A DNA stretch of 64,000 nucleotides from Candidatus Omnitrophota bacterium (lineage in GTDB: Bacteria > Omnitrophota > Gorgyraeia > Zapsychrales > Zapsychraceae), in contig JAIORP010000100.1 in NCBI GenBank assembly GCA_021108075.1, forward strand, positions 7,783 to 71,782, written 5' to 3'. This document shows positions 1 through 9,902 of this stretch, piece by piece (positions within the stretch are counted from its first letter, which is position 1; every line of letters starts with the position of its first letter). The translations under genes were made by a program, and so were the position numbers. A model generated the notes under the pieces. It was not told where the DNA came from and made no database searches. It worked only from the letters and a program-made list of their open reading frames with translations.

Positions 1-72
1 TTCGGGCTCTATCTCTCCGGGTTAAATCAGAAAAATGTTTTTTATGCGCCTGCAGGTAATCAAGGAGTCAAG

Positions 73-1608
73 ATGAAGGTTTTACCGGTAAGATTAACAA
101 ACAGTTATTTTTTCATGCTTGTCCTTCTATCTCTATTTTCCTCTGGATGTTTGACTTTAGACCGGATGACAATGATATATGAAATAAAGGAAGACCTGTC
201 CGGTTATGTTGATGTTTACGCGAGTCGGGTGCGGTCGGAAGAGAGTGATCCTTTAGAGCAACAAAGCGAAATGGCCGAATTGTATGCCGGGTTTGATGAC
301 CGGGACGGGGTGTCGGGCTTTGAAAAAGAAATGCGGCAAAATATGCCGGGATATCGTGATTGGAAGCTGGATGTCCTTAATAAGACAGTTTGTTCCTGTG
401 ATATTCATGTCCGGGGCTATTTTGATAGTTTTATTGATTTGCACATTTTTGATAGCACCACTTTACAGTATCAGGTGGAAGGAGAAAAAGTTATTGTTCG
501 TTTAAAAATCGATGATTTGAAGGATGGCGATTTGCCCGTTTTTTTTAAACTACTGTATCATGGTCCGGTTCTCGAACACAATGCGATGCAGGTTGAACCA
601 GTTACGAATACGTTAGTCTGGGATTTATCGAAATTTAATGATGATCTTTATTTTGTCTTGTCGTCGGAACAGATGAACATGTCTACACTGCAGGATCCGC
701 AAGAAGGTGTCCTAAGTTTTTTTGAAAGAAAATACGGCGATCAACTGTATGCCTGCGAAAGGGATCAGGATTGTGCCGGGGGCAAAACAAATTGTTGTTA
801 TGGGGTTAAGGGTATTTCAAAGCAATTTCAGCAAGAGTGGCAAACGTATTTGGACCGGCAATGTGGCGATATCGATTGTCCTCAAGAGGGCGATCCCCGG
901 GGCTCTCTACTTGTTTGTCAGCAACAAAAATGTTTGATGAAACCCCGGAATTATTCCCTGGCGACCTTTTCGGATTGTCTGCAAATGTTAAATCCCCAGG
1001 AGAAGGGACGGTGTTATTTGGATGTGGCCAGTCGACAAAAGGATATGAGCGGATGCTTTTATATTGATCAGAAGGATTTGCAGTTGAGCTGTTTACAGCT
1101 TTTAATACCACAAGTTCCGATTAAAGATGAGACCATTTGCCTGGAACAGGCCATTGCCTCCGATTATGGACTCAGTGCATTGTGTTGGCAGCGATTAGCG
1201 CAAGATGTCACATCTCCCTATTATTGTGGACACATTCAGGATCCGGTGACTTTAAGTGAGATTCAGAAACAAAGCCGTTGTTACCGGGAGACGATTCCTT
1301 TGGTTCAGAGTGTCAGCGACTGCGAGCCATTTGATCCCAACCGGATGCAAGATCCTAACATCGGGTATCTTTTTGGGACCTGCATTCAGCAAATAGCCTT
1401 AAAGCAGGGCCGTCCAGACGTTTGTCAGCGCATTCCGGAAGGGACTGAGTACTATTCGTATTGGTTTAATTGTATCACTGGAGTAGCTGAACAAGCCCAA
1501 AATGATCAATTTTGCCGGAGTTTGAACACGCGCCAGGCCCCCGCGGGTTATTCTGACGCATTCACTGAAGCGGGTTGCCGCAAAAAAGTACAAAAAGGAC
1601 ATTTTTAA
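73..1608 (+). CDS. Cysteine-rich putative lipoprotein (hypothetical)
   Basis: 511-aa ORF with an AAGGAG RBS 6 nt upstream. N-terminal signal peptide with lipobox-like LFSSGC. About 25 Cys, 21 of them in the C-terminal ~290 aa. No family recognised. Confidence 0.55.
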   Translation: MKVLPVRLTNSYFFMLVLLSLFSSGCLTLDRMTMIYEIKEDLSGYVDVYASRVRSEESDPLEQQSEMAELYAGFDDRDGVSGFEKEMRQNMPGYRDWKLDVLNKTVCSCDIHVRGYFDSFIDLHIFDSTTLQYQVEGEKVIVRLKIDDLKDGDLPVFFKLLYHGPVLEHNAMQVEPVTNTLVWDLSKFNDDLYFVLSSEQMNMSTLQDPQEGVLSFFERKYGDQLYACERDQDCAGGKTNCCYGVKGISKQFQQEWQTYLDRQCGDIDCPQEGDPRGSLLVCQQQKCLMKPRNYSLATFSDCLQMLNPQEKGRCYLDVASRQKDMSGCFYIDQKDLQLSCLQLLIPQVPIKDETICLEQAIASDYGLSALCWQRLAQDVTSPYYCGHIQDPVTLSEIQKQSRCYRETIPLVQSVSDCEPFDPNRMQDPNIGYLFGTCIQQIALKQGRPDVCQRIPEGTEYYSYWFNCITGVAEQAQNDQFCRSLNTRQAPAGYSDAFTEAGCRKKVQKGHF

Positions 1609-1644
1609 GTGGAAAAGGAAGGGAAAAAACTTATTAAGGTTTAC

Positions 1645-1673
1645 TTGTCAAATTTTCCATTCCCGTGTAAAAT
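1645..1673 (+). promoter_or_regulatory. Candidate sigma70 promoter (TTGTCA-17-TAAAAT) upstream of the 1721 gene
   Basis: TTGTCA at 1645-1650, 17-nt spacer, TAAAAT at 1668-1673. AGAGG RBS before the ATG at 1721. Confidence 0.4.
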
Positions 1674-1720
1674 ACCTATCAATAAGTGACCATTTTAGAT
1701 ATATGTGCTAGAGGTATAAT

Positions 1721-2191
1721 ATGTTAAAAAAAAAGTTGATTCTGCTGGCTTGTTTTTTCTTTGCTTTTGGTTCTTTGTCCCATAGTTCTGCCGATGAATC
1801 CCTGCCACGATTTCCTCAACGTGGCCAGGTCGAAAACTTTTTTTTTGATCATATTCGTTTTATACTTAAATATAGCGATGCTTTAAGCTTAACAGATAAG
1901 CAACTCCAACGTTTTCAGGAGCTTAACCTGCAAGCCCAAAAAGAAGCGATCTTGAAAGATGCTGAAATTCAAACGATTGCGATGGATCTAGAGAACGAAG
2001 TGAAGAAAGATTTGATTTATTCGAATCATTTGATGCATTTTATAGATAAAAAATATGAGGCTTTAAAAATAAAAGAAAAATTTTTTGCGGATGGATTTAT
2101 GATTATAAGAGAAATACTAGACGATCAGCAATATTCAGAAATGATTTCTCTATTTACTAATCAAAAGAAGAATATTGAAAATAATAATTAA
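1721..2191 (+). CDS. Secreted LTXXQ-motif protein (Spy/CpxP-like periplasmic protein)
   Basis: Signal peptide MLKKKLILLACFFFAFGSLSHSSA. LTDKQ and LDDQQ (LTXXQ-like) motifs in a short helical protein of 156 aa. Confidence 0.4.
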   Translation: MLKKKLILLACFFFAFGSLSHSSADESLPRFPQRGQVENFFFDHIRFILKYSDALSLTDKQLQRFQELNLQAQKEAILKDAEIQTIAMDLENEVKKDLIYSNHLMHFIDKKYEALKIKEKFFADGFMIIREILDDQQYSEMISLFTNQKKNIENNN

Positions 2192-2212
2192 CTAATTCAG
2201 GGGAAGGTTATC

Positions 2213-3598
2213 ATGGGTGATAGATTTTTATTTATTATGTTGATTTTTTTCGTTATCACGGCTGCGTTTGTTTATGATCGATACATGATTGAATCAAAGG
2301 GTGTTAGTCCGATCAGTCAATTTATTGATTTTGCCGGTTTAACAAAGATAAACAATTGGGATGGTGATGTCTCAGATGTTGTTCAAATGCGTCGCAAATA
2401 CAAGATTAATGTGGAGGATTCGTTTTTTAAAATTGAGTCGAAACATACTGACATGGTGAATCAGAAGGATGAGCTGATAGAAACCCGCAGGCAAATTTTG
2501 CAACAATTAACGAATATCAATGAGGACCTGAAAGAGTTTGCGTTGCCCTATCTTCGCATACTCGAAAATGAGAAGAAAGAGGTTTTGAAGAATCTTCCCC
2601 AGAGCAGTGATTTCGGGCAGTTTCTTGTGGACCTTCATAAACTCGGTACGAAGGATGAACGGTTAGATATATATCAACAGGAGAAGATAAGACTGTTGAA
2701 TCGATATCACGAATTGTTCGAGGAAGAGAATCCTGAATTAGAAAAGTTAAAAATTTTGTTCAAAAAAGTTGAGGGCATTGCCATTGCCCACGAACCGCCG
2801 GAACCTTACGGCTGTCGTGCCGTTGACCAATGTTTGCGCAAGAATGCCATTTCCATTGAAAAAGAGTTGAGTTTATTGTTCCGCCGTTACCTTATGCGTC
2901 CAAAGAAAAACATGAAAGACCTGATCGACAAGGTGCGTGTCCTGAATTATGAGAACACTTTGTTACTGAGCAATTTTAAGGCAACGGAGGATAAGATGGA
3001 CACAAATTATTACCGTATTGAGAACCGTTTTGAAGAGATTATTGCGAAAATTTCCAACCTGTCAGAACAAGAGGTCATTGACCTGGTCGCTTACTACGAT
3101 TCTCTGGATCAGGAACAAAGTTATCTTGTTCGAAATTTGTTGGCAAATTTGAAAAGAATGCAAACAACATATCCACGAACGTACAAAGACATGAAACATC
3201 TTTTAGATCTTTGCGAGTATTATTCAAATGAAGACTTAAATGATTTTATTAGTGAATTTAACCAAATAAAGAATCAAACAAAGGAGTTGGTCAAGAAATT
3301 AAAAGCCAATGAAGATCAGATGTTGTTTTTAATAGATGAGCAGAAGTATGATTATGAGAATTTATTAGATAAGATTATCAAGCAGGTCGGTGTTTACGAA
3401 GTCAGTGACCAACAAAAACAGATAGCTAAGAAGCGTTCAGCAATTATTCGCAAGGATGCCGTTGGATCAACTTCACAGAATGCTCGGGTCCTTGCAAAAG
3501 ATGTTTCCGGCGCGATACAAAGACAAAGGGATCGGCAAAGAGATTTGAATAGGGATTTTCAGCGTTTACGTGAACGCGTTCGCGAACAGGGATATTGA
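2213..3598 (+). CDS. Membrane-anchored coiled-coil protein (hypothetical)
   Basis: 461-aa ORF with an N-terminal TM helix (FLFIMLIFFVITAAFV). The rest is K/E-rich and predicted helical. GGAAGG RBS. No family recognised. Confidence 0.5.
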   Translation: MGDRFLFIMLIFFVITAAFVYDRYMIESKGVSPISQFIDFAGLTKINNWDGDVSDVVQMRRKYKINVEDSFFKIESKHTDMVNQKDELIETRRQILQQLTNINEDLKEFALPYLRILENEKKEVLKNLPQSSDFGQFLVDLHKLGTKDERLDIYQQEKIRLLNRYHELFEEENPELEKLKILFKKVEGIAIAHEPPEPYGCRAVDQCLRKNAISIEKELSLLFRRYLMRPKKNMKDLIDKVRVLNYENTLLLSNFKATEDKMDTNYYRIENRFEEIIAKISNLSEQEVIDLVAYYDSLDQEQSYLVRNLLANLKRMQTTYPRTYKDMKHLLDLCEYYSNEDLNDFISEFNQIKNQTKELVKKLKANEDQMLFLIDEQKYDYENLLDKIIKQVGVYEVSDQQKQIAKKRSAIIRKDAVGSTSQNARVLAKDVSGAIQRQRDRQRDLNRDFQRLRERVREQGY

Positions 3599-3610
3599 TT
3601 TTTTTTAATC

Positions 3611-3637
3611 CCGGCGGGAATTCCCCGCCTTTATTTA
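3611..3637 (+). terminator. Rho-independent terminator after the 2213-3598 gene
   Basis: GGCGGG-aattc-CCCGCC hairpin followed by TTTATTT. Confidence 0.55.
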
Positions 3638-3925
3638 AGGCGGGGATGAGAGCAATTTCCTGAATTGCGGTTGCATTTGAGCCTAATTGGAGAGAAGATT
3701 CAGGACAAGCGAAGCTTGAATTTTAAATCAAGTACCACGGGTGTGAACCCGTGGATATCTATTGGAGTGAATTCCTCTGAGCTCTGCTTTGAGGTTGCCG
3801 CCTGAGGAAGAGTTTGAGAAACCTTTGGTTTCTCAAATACAGTGTTCCTCTTAGATTCCTCGTAGCTCTGCTGCGAGGAGATTCACTATAAATTTACTGA
3901 CAACTTAACACAAGGTGATAACTAT

Positions 3926-4624
3926 ATGGATTGGGTATCTGTCTTATTGGGTGTCATAGTCGTTCTTGTTTATCTTGCAATTTTTTCTTTGTTACGAACA
4001 ATGTATTCTCCTTTTGTCAAACGTTTTGAATCAATTCTTAAAACAAACATGGAACCCTTACCCGGATATGATAAAGCCTTTAGTATGAAGTTTACTTTTG
4101 AAGACAAAGATTTCGAACTGAGGCAGTATAATGTCAAGTTTAACAAAGCCTATAACGAGCGGGAATATAAGGACATTATGGCCTTAAGTGTTAAAACAAA
4201 TGATTCATTGTTCATTCGATTTAGATATTTTTATGAAGATCAACGGGTTAAGGTTTTTTATAAGGATTTTTTAAAACAACCGAAAGACGAGGCCTTGGCT
4301 GAACTGAGTTGGCGCGACCTGAGGAACGGAATAGAGAAATTTTATTTGCATACGAATGACCGCGTGAGAACAATTGAGCTGATGAACAATGATGAAATTA
4401 ATAGCATTATTTCCTGTTACACCGGAAAAGAGCCTCCTTGCGCAATCCCTTTTGCTTTTGACGAGGGGAAGATTACGTTATTTTACAATTTGTCTCCTGT
4501 CCTATGGCAAGAAATTGTCGGCAATCCCAGGACCATAAGAAAACACATTCGCTATTTAAGCATTATGGCGGAAGACTTGAAAAGGGTTCCACAGTCTGAA
4601 CCGGAAGAAACTGTTACAAGTTAA
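3926..4624 (+). CDS. Hypothetical membrane-anchored protein
   Basis: 232-aa ORF with N-terminal TM (VLLGVIVVLVYLAIFSLL) and an AAGGTGA RBS. No family recognised. Confidence 0.5.
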   Translation: MDWVSVLLGVIVVLVYLAIFSLLRTMYSPFVKRFESILKTNMEPLPGYDKAFSMKFTFEDKDFELRQYNVKFNKAYNEREYKDIMALSVKTNDSLFIRFRYFYEDQRVKVFYKDFLKQPKDEALAELSWRDLRNGIEKFYLHTNDRVRTIELMNNDEINSIISCYTGKEPPCAIPFAFDEGKITLFYNLSPVLWQEIVGNPRTIRKHIRYLSIMAEDLKRVPQSEPEETVTS

Positions 4625-4698
4625 AACTTGATGTCTCTTTATTATCAATGATATTGATGGACAGATAGCTGGGGATACAAATCTTCACTGAACAAATT

Positions 4699-6369
4699 AT
4701 GTCAAATAATGATCTTTCTTCTAAAGAAGTGAAATTTCCTCATCTTTTCCATGCTGGTTTTTCTTTAAATGCTGTTTCATTCCTGCTTATTGTCGTCGGC
4801 GTTGTCTTTAGGTTGAAACATTATTTTGAAAATCGTTCATTTTGGTTAGACGAAGCCTATGTTTCTGTTCAGACCGCTAACAGGACCTGGCATCAGATAT
4901 TAAGTTTTATTCCCATTTTCTCAGATCAACCGAAAGCCCCTTTATTGGTCTATTGTTTTGGAAAAGCAGCGATCGGATTCTTGGGGAACAATGAATATGC
5001 GTTGCGTTTGCTTCCGTTGTCCGCAAGTCTAATCTCTTTGATCATATTTTATCTGTTATTAAAGAAATACGTCTCTGCGCGTGCGCAAATAGTCGCTTTG
5101 GGTTTATTTGCTTTCGCCGATTCATTAATATATTATGCTGCGGAATTGAAACCATATTCTTCAGACGTCTTTGTTTTTTTGCTTCTCGGGTTTGTTTACC
5201 ATCTCCTGGACAGATACCGGTATTCATTTCTTCCCATCGTTTTTCTTTTGTTTGTCGGAGTTTTTTCAATGTGGCTTTCAAACCCGACTCTTTTTATTTT
5301 GCCGGGACTGGGCGTAAGCGCGTATTACATGAATTGGAAAGAAAAGAAGCATACGAATTTATTTTTTCTGCGGCTGATTTTTATCTTCTGGGCCCTTAAT
5401 TTTATTGCCATTTATAAACTCAGTTACGGCGATATGCTGAAGAGTAATTATATTGTCGATTTGGCGAGGGCGCGCGGGGGGTTTCCGATGAGCTACACTT
5501 TTATCGATATTATTTTGTGGCTGAAGCATGTTTTTGTTGATACGTTTTATCATCTGGCGGGCTTACGTGTTCCTGTCGTCGGGCTGCTTTTGGCTCTTGT
5601 CGGCGGATATTCATTATTTAAACGTAACACGTGCTTTTTCTTTTTTATTTTTAGTCCGTTTTGTTTGTGTTTTTTTGCGGCGTTCATCAGTAAATATCCG
5701 TTTTATGACAGGATGGTCCTGTTTTTATCCCCACTAATTTTTTTATTGCTCGCGGAAGGCTTTGACTGGTTATTAAATCATTGTCCGAGGGCGCAGAGAA
5801 TCGTTGCCTGCCTTGTCTTGTTTTTACTTTTCGCCTTTCCGGTTAAAACTTCTGTCGCTTATTTGTTTAAAAGAAGGCTTGTTCAGGACACCCGCCAGGC
5901 ACTTGAATTTATAAAAGAGCATATTGAGCCGGACGACTACATTGTGGTCAATCAATCCGGCCAATACCATTTGATGTATTACCTGAACAGTATCGGATTG
6001 ACGCGCAAGATGACACATTATGAAGTCGAAGGGGTCGACGATAAAAATCATTATTACCTTAAGATTGTCCGCACGAATGATGGTTTAGATGTGCGCGAAG
6101 AGGGGGCTTTTATGTTTGCCCGCAATGAAATATATCAAATGTCAAACGACCATTTTTACAAAACAACGATAATAAAAAAAGACAAAAGCGATATTCTTGT
6201 TATTACGGACATATCCGTCTCGAACATAACATCAAGGCGGTTTTGGATTTTTTATTCAAACGCACAGGATGATGCGAAGCAATATGTGCTTGATTTGTTT
6301 GATAAATATGGAACTCGAAAATATGCGAAAGAATTTTATGGTGCCTCAGTGCATCTTTATGAATTTTGA
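4699..6369 (+). CDS. GT-C fold glycosyltransferase, ArnT/PMT-like (polyprenyl-phosphate-sugar dependent)
   Basis: 556 aa with ~11 predicted TM helices in the N-terminal 400 aa. Conserved DE dipeptide in the first loop (FWLDEAY) as in PMT/ArnT families. Soluble C-terminal domain. Confidence 0.5.
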   Translation: MSNNDLSSKEVKFPHLFHAGFSLNAVSFLLIVVGVVFRLKHYFENRSFWLDEAYVSVQTANRTWHQILSFIPIFSDQPKAPLLVYCFGKAAIGFLGNNEYALRLLPLSASLISLIIFYLLLKKYVSARAQIVALGLFAFADSLIYYAAELKPYSSDVFVFLLLGFVYHLLDRYRYSFLPIVFLLFVGVFSMWLSNPTLFILPGLGVSAYYMNWKEKKHTNLFFLRLIFIFWALNFIAIYKLSYGDMLKSNYIVDLARARGGFPMSYTFIDIILWLKHVFVDTFYHLAGLRVPVVGLLLALVGGYSLFKRNTCFFFFIFSPFCLCFFAAFISKYPFYDRMVLFLSPLIFLLLAEGFDWLLNHCPRAQRIVACLVLFLLFAFPVKTSVAYLFKRRLVQDTRQALEFIKEHIEPDDYIVVNQSGQYHLMYYLNSIGLTRKMTHYEVEGVDDKNHYYLKIVRTNDGLDVREEGAFMFARNEIYQMSNDHFYKTTIIKKDKSDILVITDISVSNITSRRFWIFYSNAQDDAKQYVLDLFDKYGTRKYAKEFYGASVHLYEF

Positions 6370-6399
6370 AAACGTAATTTAATTAATAAGGAGAGAGAT

Positions 6400-7737
6400 A
6401 TGGACTCGAAAATGCCGACACTTGGCGAATTATTAGAATTATCTGTGGATAATTTAGGAGTCTGTGAAATAGATTCGCCATTGAACAAAGAGCCGTCTTT
6501 ATATAGGGAAGATGATATGAAAGTTATGGTTTACAGCCATTCTCAATATTTTGAGCAATGTATTAAGGAAAATAGGCCTTTGCCCATGTTTGAAGCCGCT
6601 GGTCCGCGTAAGAAGATATTTTTTGATCCTAAAAAGTTGAACTGCGGTATTGTGACGTGTGGCGGTTTATGTCCTGGATTAAACGATGTTATCCGGACGG
6701 TCGCGCTCACATTGTTATGGCAATATGGTGTTCAGACAGTATATGGCTTTCGTTATGGCTATCAAGGTTTGTCGATGAATGCCGTCCAGCCCCCCATGAT
6801 TTTAACCCCGGAGATTTTGGATGGCATTCAGCATGATGGCGGCACAATTCTGGGAAGTTCACGCGGACAGCAAGATCCGTCAGAGATGATAAATACTTTG
6901 TTGAAGTATCAGATTGGGGTGCTGTTTGTCATCGGAGGAGATGGGACATTTTCAGGCGGACATCATCTTGTGCAAGAGATACAAAGACGCGAAGTCCCCA
7001 TAAGTGTCATTGGTATACCAAAAACGATTGACAACGATATCTATGGTTCTGAAAAAACGTTTGGGTTTAGCACGGCCGTCGGTGAGGCTCGTCGGTCCAT
7101 TTACATCGCCCATGAAGAGGCAAAAGCAGCTTGGAACGGGATTGGGCTGGTGAAACTCATGGGAAGGGATTCAGGTTTTATCGCGGCTTATGCGTCATTA
7201 GCGAATAGTGATGTCAATTTTTGTTTTATCCCTGAAGTTCCTATTTGTTTGGACGGAGAGAATGGCTTCCTGAAGGAATTACAGGAACGGATTCTCTCCA
7301 GACGTCACGCGGTGATTGTCGTTGCTGAGGGTGTCGGTCGTCATATCATTGATGATCCATCGATGATCCAGAAAGATGCGTCAGGGAATGTTCGCTACAA
7401 AGATATTGGTATGTTTTTAAAAGATCGTATTAAATGTTGCTTTGATCAGATTGACGAGAATGTTACTATAAAATATATTGATCCGAGCTACACGATCCGA
7501 AGTTGTCCTGCTAACGCGGAAGATTCCGCGTTTTGTCTGATGCTGGGGCAGAATGCTGTGCATGCTGCGATGGCAGGTAAAACAAACATGTTTGTCGGGT
7601 ATTGGAACCATCACTTCACACATGTCCCGCTTCCTTTAGCCGTTCACAAAAGAAAAGTTGTTGACCCTCAAGGCGAACTATGGCAAACCCTCGTGGAAAC
7701 AATTAAAATTCGCCGAAGCTTATCTGCTGAACGTTAA
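6400..7737 (+). CDS. pfkA: 6-phosphofructokinase (long-form PfkA family)
   Basis: GGLCPGLNDVIR, FVIGGDGTFSG and IPKTIDNDI motifs. AAGGAGAG RBS. Confidence 0.85.
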   Translation: MDSKMPTLGELLELSVDNLGVCEIDSPLNKEPSLYREDDMKVMVYSHSQYFEQCIKENRPLPMFEAAGPRKKIFFDPKKLNCGIVTCGGLCPGLNDVIRTVALTLLWQYGVQTVYGFRYGYQGLSMNAVQPPMILTPEILDGIQHDGGTILGSSRGQQDPSEMINTLLKYQIGVLFVIGGDGTFSGGHHLVQEIQRREVPISVIGIPKTIDNDIYGSEKTFGFSTAVGEARRSIYIAHEEAKAAWNGIGLVKLMGRDSGFIAAYASLANSDVNFCFIPEVPICLDGENGFLKELQERILSRRHAVIVVAEGVGRHIIDDPSMIQKDASGNVRYKDIGMFLKDRIKCCFDQIDENVTIKYIDPSYTIRSCPANAEDSAFCLMLGQNAVHAAMAGKTNMFVGYWNHHFTHVPLPLAVHKRKVVDPQGELWQTLVETIKIRRSLSAER

Positions 7738-7756
7738 GGATTTGAAAGGAACAACA

Positions 7757-9031
7757 ATGTCTTTTGTCAGACATTATGATGTCATAGTTGTTGGCGGTGG
7801 TCCAGCCGGTATGATGGCCGCAATAAGTGCCGGCAAAATGAAGAAAAAAGTTCTTTTATTAGAAAAGAACAAGAGCCTTGGGATAAAATTGCTTTTAACG
7901 GGTAAAGGCCGTTGCAATATCAGTAATGCTTGCGATTTGGAAGTGTTCTTATCAAAATTTTCGAAGAACGGGTCCTTTCTTAGAGACGCATTTAAAGCCT
8001 TTTTTTTGCCAGAACTGAAGTTATTTTTTGGGAAGAACGGGTTGGCCTTAAAGGAAGAAAGACAGGCGAGGATTTTTCCTGTAACCGATTCAGCCCGAAG
8101 CGTTTTACATGTTTTAGAAAAAGAGTTGAAAAAAGGGGCGGTGCATGTTTCTTTCGGGAAACGCCTAAAAAGGTTGACGGTTAAAGAGAACCGTGTCCAT
8201 AACTTGATTTTGCATGATCAATCGACTTTCTCGGCCCAGGCATATATTTTGGCTACAGGGGGGGCAAGTTATCCGGCGACTGGTTCTGATGGAAGTGTTT
8301 TGAATGCCGTTAAGGAATATGGCCACACGATTGTTCCTTTGCGACCGGGATTGGTTGCGTTGAAAACGAGGGAAACGATTCCAGCCCGGTTAGAAGGGTT
8401 GACGTTAAAAAATATTCAGATTAAGTTCATGAGAAAGAAAAGAGTTTATCGTTCTGCTGTGGGGGAGTTGATATTTACGGATGACGGAATTTCGGGCCCT
8501 TTGATTATATCGTGGAGTCGAGTGCTCGCTGATTGGTTTGACGTTATGGGCGACGTTCCGATTGAAATTGATTTGAAACCGGGTTTGTCGGAGCAGCAGT
8601 TAGAACAGCGTCTGTTAAATGTTTTTCATGAATATCCAAAAAAGCAAATCAAAAGCTCATTAGCCACATTTCTTCCGAAGCGTTTTATTCTGCCATTTTT
8701 AGAAGCAATAAAAGTTGATCCACAGAAACAGGTTAATCAAATCACGCAGCTTCAACGGAGTGAAATCATCCGTTCTCTTAAAGGGTTTTCGTTGCGCCTG
8801 ACCGGTCCACGCTCAATGTCTTCGGCTATGATAACAATCGGGGGAGTGTCCTTGAAGCAGATTAATCCCCGCACGATGTCGTCAAAACTCATTAAGAATT
8901 TGTATTTCGCAGGAGAAATGCTGGATCTCGATGGTGATACCGGTGGATATAATCTGCAGGCGGCTTTTTCTACGGGCTTTCTTGCGGGTCGAAATGCAGT
9001 CCAACTGTGTGATAGTCAAATTTCTCATTGA
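7757..9031 (+). CDS. HI0933/BaiN-family FAD-dependent flavoprotein
   Basis: YDVIVVGGGPAGMMAAISAG dinucleotide-binding motif, ~425 aa. I chose the in-frame ATG at 7757 (AAAGGA RBS) rather than the track start at 7658, which overlaps pfk. Confidence 0.75.
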   Translation: MSFVRHYDVIVVGGGPAGMMAAISAGKMKKKVLLLEKNKSLGIKLLLTGKGRCNISNACDLEVFLSKFSKNGSFLRDAFKAFFLPELKLFFGKNGLALKEERQARIFPVTDSARSVLHVLEKELKKGAVHVSFGKRLKRLTVKENRVHNLILHDQSTFSAQAYILATGGASYPATGSDGSVLNAVKEYGHTIVPLRPGLVALKTRETIPARLEGLTLKNIQIKFMRKKRVYRSAVGELIFTDDGISGPLIISWSRVLADWFDVMGDVPIEIDLKPGLSEQQLEQRLLNVFHEYPKKQIKSSLATFLPKRFILPFLEAIKVDPQKQVNQITQLQRSEIIRSLKGFSLRLTGPRSMSSAMITIGGVSLKQINPRTMSSKLIKNLYFAGEMLDLDGDTGGYNLQAAFSTGFLAGRNAVQLCDSQISH

Positions 9032-9057
9032 CAAAACAACCGTTTAAAGAGATGATA

Positions 9058-9161
9058 ATACCAATTCCATCAAATAATGACCAAAACCAATTCTGCTTTT
9101 CTCGACGATTTAGCGAGAATATCAGAATTAAGATAGAACAATTTATTAATGGATTTGGTAT
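9058..9161 (+). mobile_element. MITE-like intergenic repeat, copy A (104 bp, ~20-bp terminal inverted repeats, central hairpin)
   Basis: ATACCAATTCCATCAAATAA ... TTTATTAATGGATTTGGTAT ends. About 95% identical to copies at 15592-15695 (opposite orientation) and 20393-20496. Internal TTCTCG-acgatttag-CGAGAA hairpin. Confidence 0.8.
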
Positions 9162-9196
9162 AAGTATTATTTTTATACAATTAACTACCTGAACAT

Positions 9197-9673
9197 ATGG
9201 ACGATAAAAGAATAAATAGCCGTTATCATGCGGCGTACCCATTGGATTTTTCGTACGACGTGAGAACAAAGATTAAGATCCAAATAAAGGAAGATCAGGG
9301 AGCTCTTCAGAAGAAGCATGCGGCTTTTTCTCAGAATATAAGTACAGATGGGCTGTGTTTCGTTTCTAAGTATAAACTTCACAAGGGCGATGCCTTGCAC
9401 CTGGAGTTGTTTTTGCCTGGAAGTGACAAGGCTATTGGGATGGAAGGCGAAGTCCGGTGGTCGAAGACGGTGCTTGATGATAAGATTCACAAGAGTAAAT
9501 ATAATACTGGCGTTAAACTGTTAAGTGTCGATGGTCAGTCTGTTCCTGACACAGTTTGTTTTGATTCCACCTATCATGTTGCCTGGAGTATTGTTCTAGA
9601 ACGTGTATTTAATACCTACAAATTTATTCTAAAAAAGAATAAAGACGATTGTACTCCTCTTGAAGATTTCTAA
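9197..9673 (+). CDS. PilZ-domain protein (putative c-di-GMP receptor)
   Basis: RINSR (RxxxR) and QNISTDGLCF (D/NxSxxG) PilZ signature motifs. 158 aa. Confidence 0.7.
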   Translation: MDDKRINSRYHAAYPLDFSYDVRTKIKIQIKEDQGALQKKHAAFSQNISTDGLCFVSKYKLHKGDALHLELFLPGSDKAIGMEGEVRWSKTVLDDKIHKSKYNTGVKLLSVDGQSVPDTVCFDSTYHVAWSIVLERVFNTYKFILKKNKDDCTPLEDF

Positions 9674-9813
9674 AAAATTTTATCCGCTATTCAATTAAAT
9701 TGATGCCAGTGCCTTTTAAACGTATCGTTCGTCAAAGAAAATGTTTAAAATCAAAATATTGATATTACTGGATATGTGATCGTTTAGACATAAAAAAAAC
9801 ACTGCATTATTGC

Positions 9814-9842
9814 TTGACATGCGATAAACAGAATAATATTAT
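9814..9842 (+). promoter_or_regulatory. Candidate sigma70 promoter (TTGACA-17-TATTAT) upstream of glgP
   Basis: TTGACA at 9814-9819, 17-nt spacer, TATTAT at 9837-9842. AAGGAG RBS before the ATG at 9903. Confidence 0.45.
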
Positions 9843-9902
9843 TGTGTTGGTCTTGCAGTAAAAAATTTTTATTTTTATTGTACAATTTGATCAAGGAGTT
9901 TT

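Noticed and set aside
1715-1720. TATAAT hexamer immediately before the ATG at 1721 as a -10 element
   Set aside because: It is too close to the start codon to be a promoter. It sits between the AGAGG RBS and the ATG.
7658-7756. Track start 7658 for the flavoprotein gene
   Set aside because: That start would overlap the pfk gene by 80 nt. The in-frame ATG at 7757 has an RBS and places the GxGxxG motif at the expected N-terminal position.
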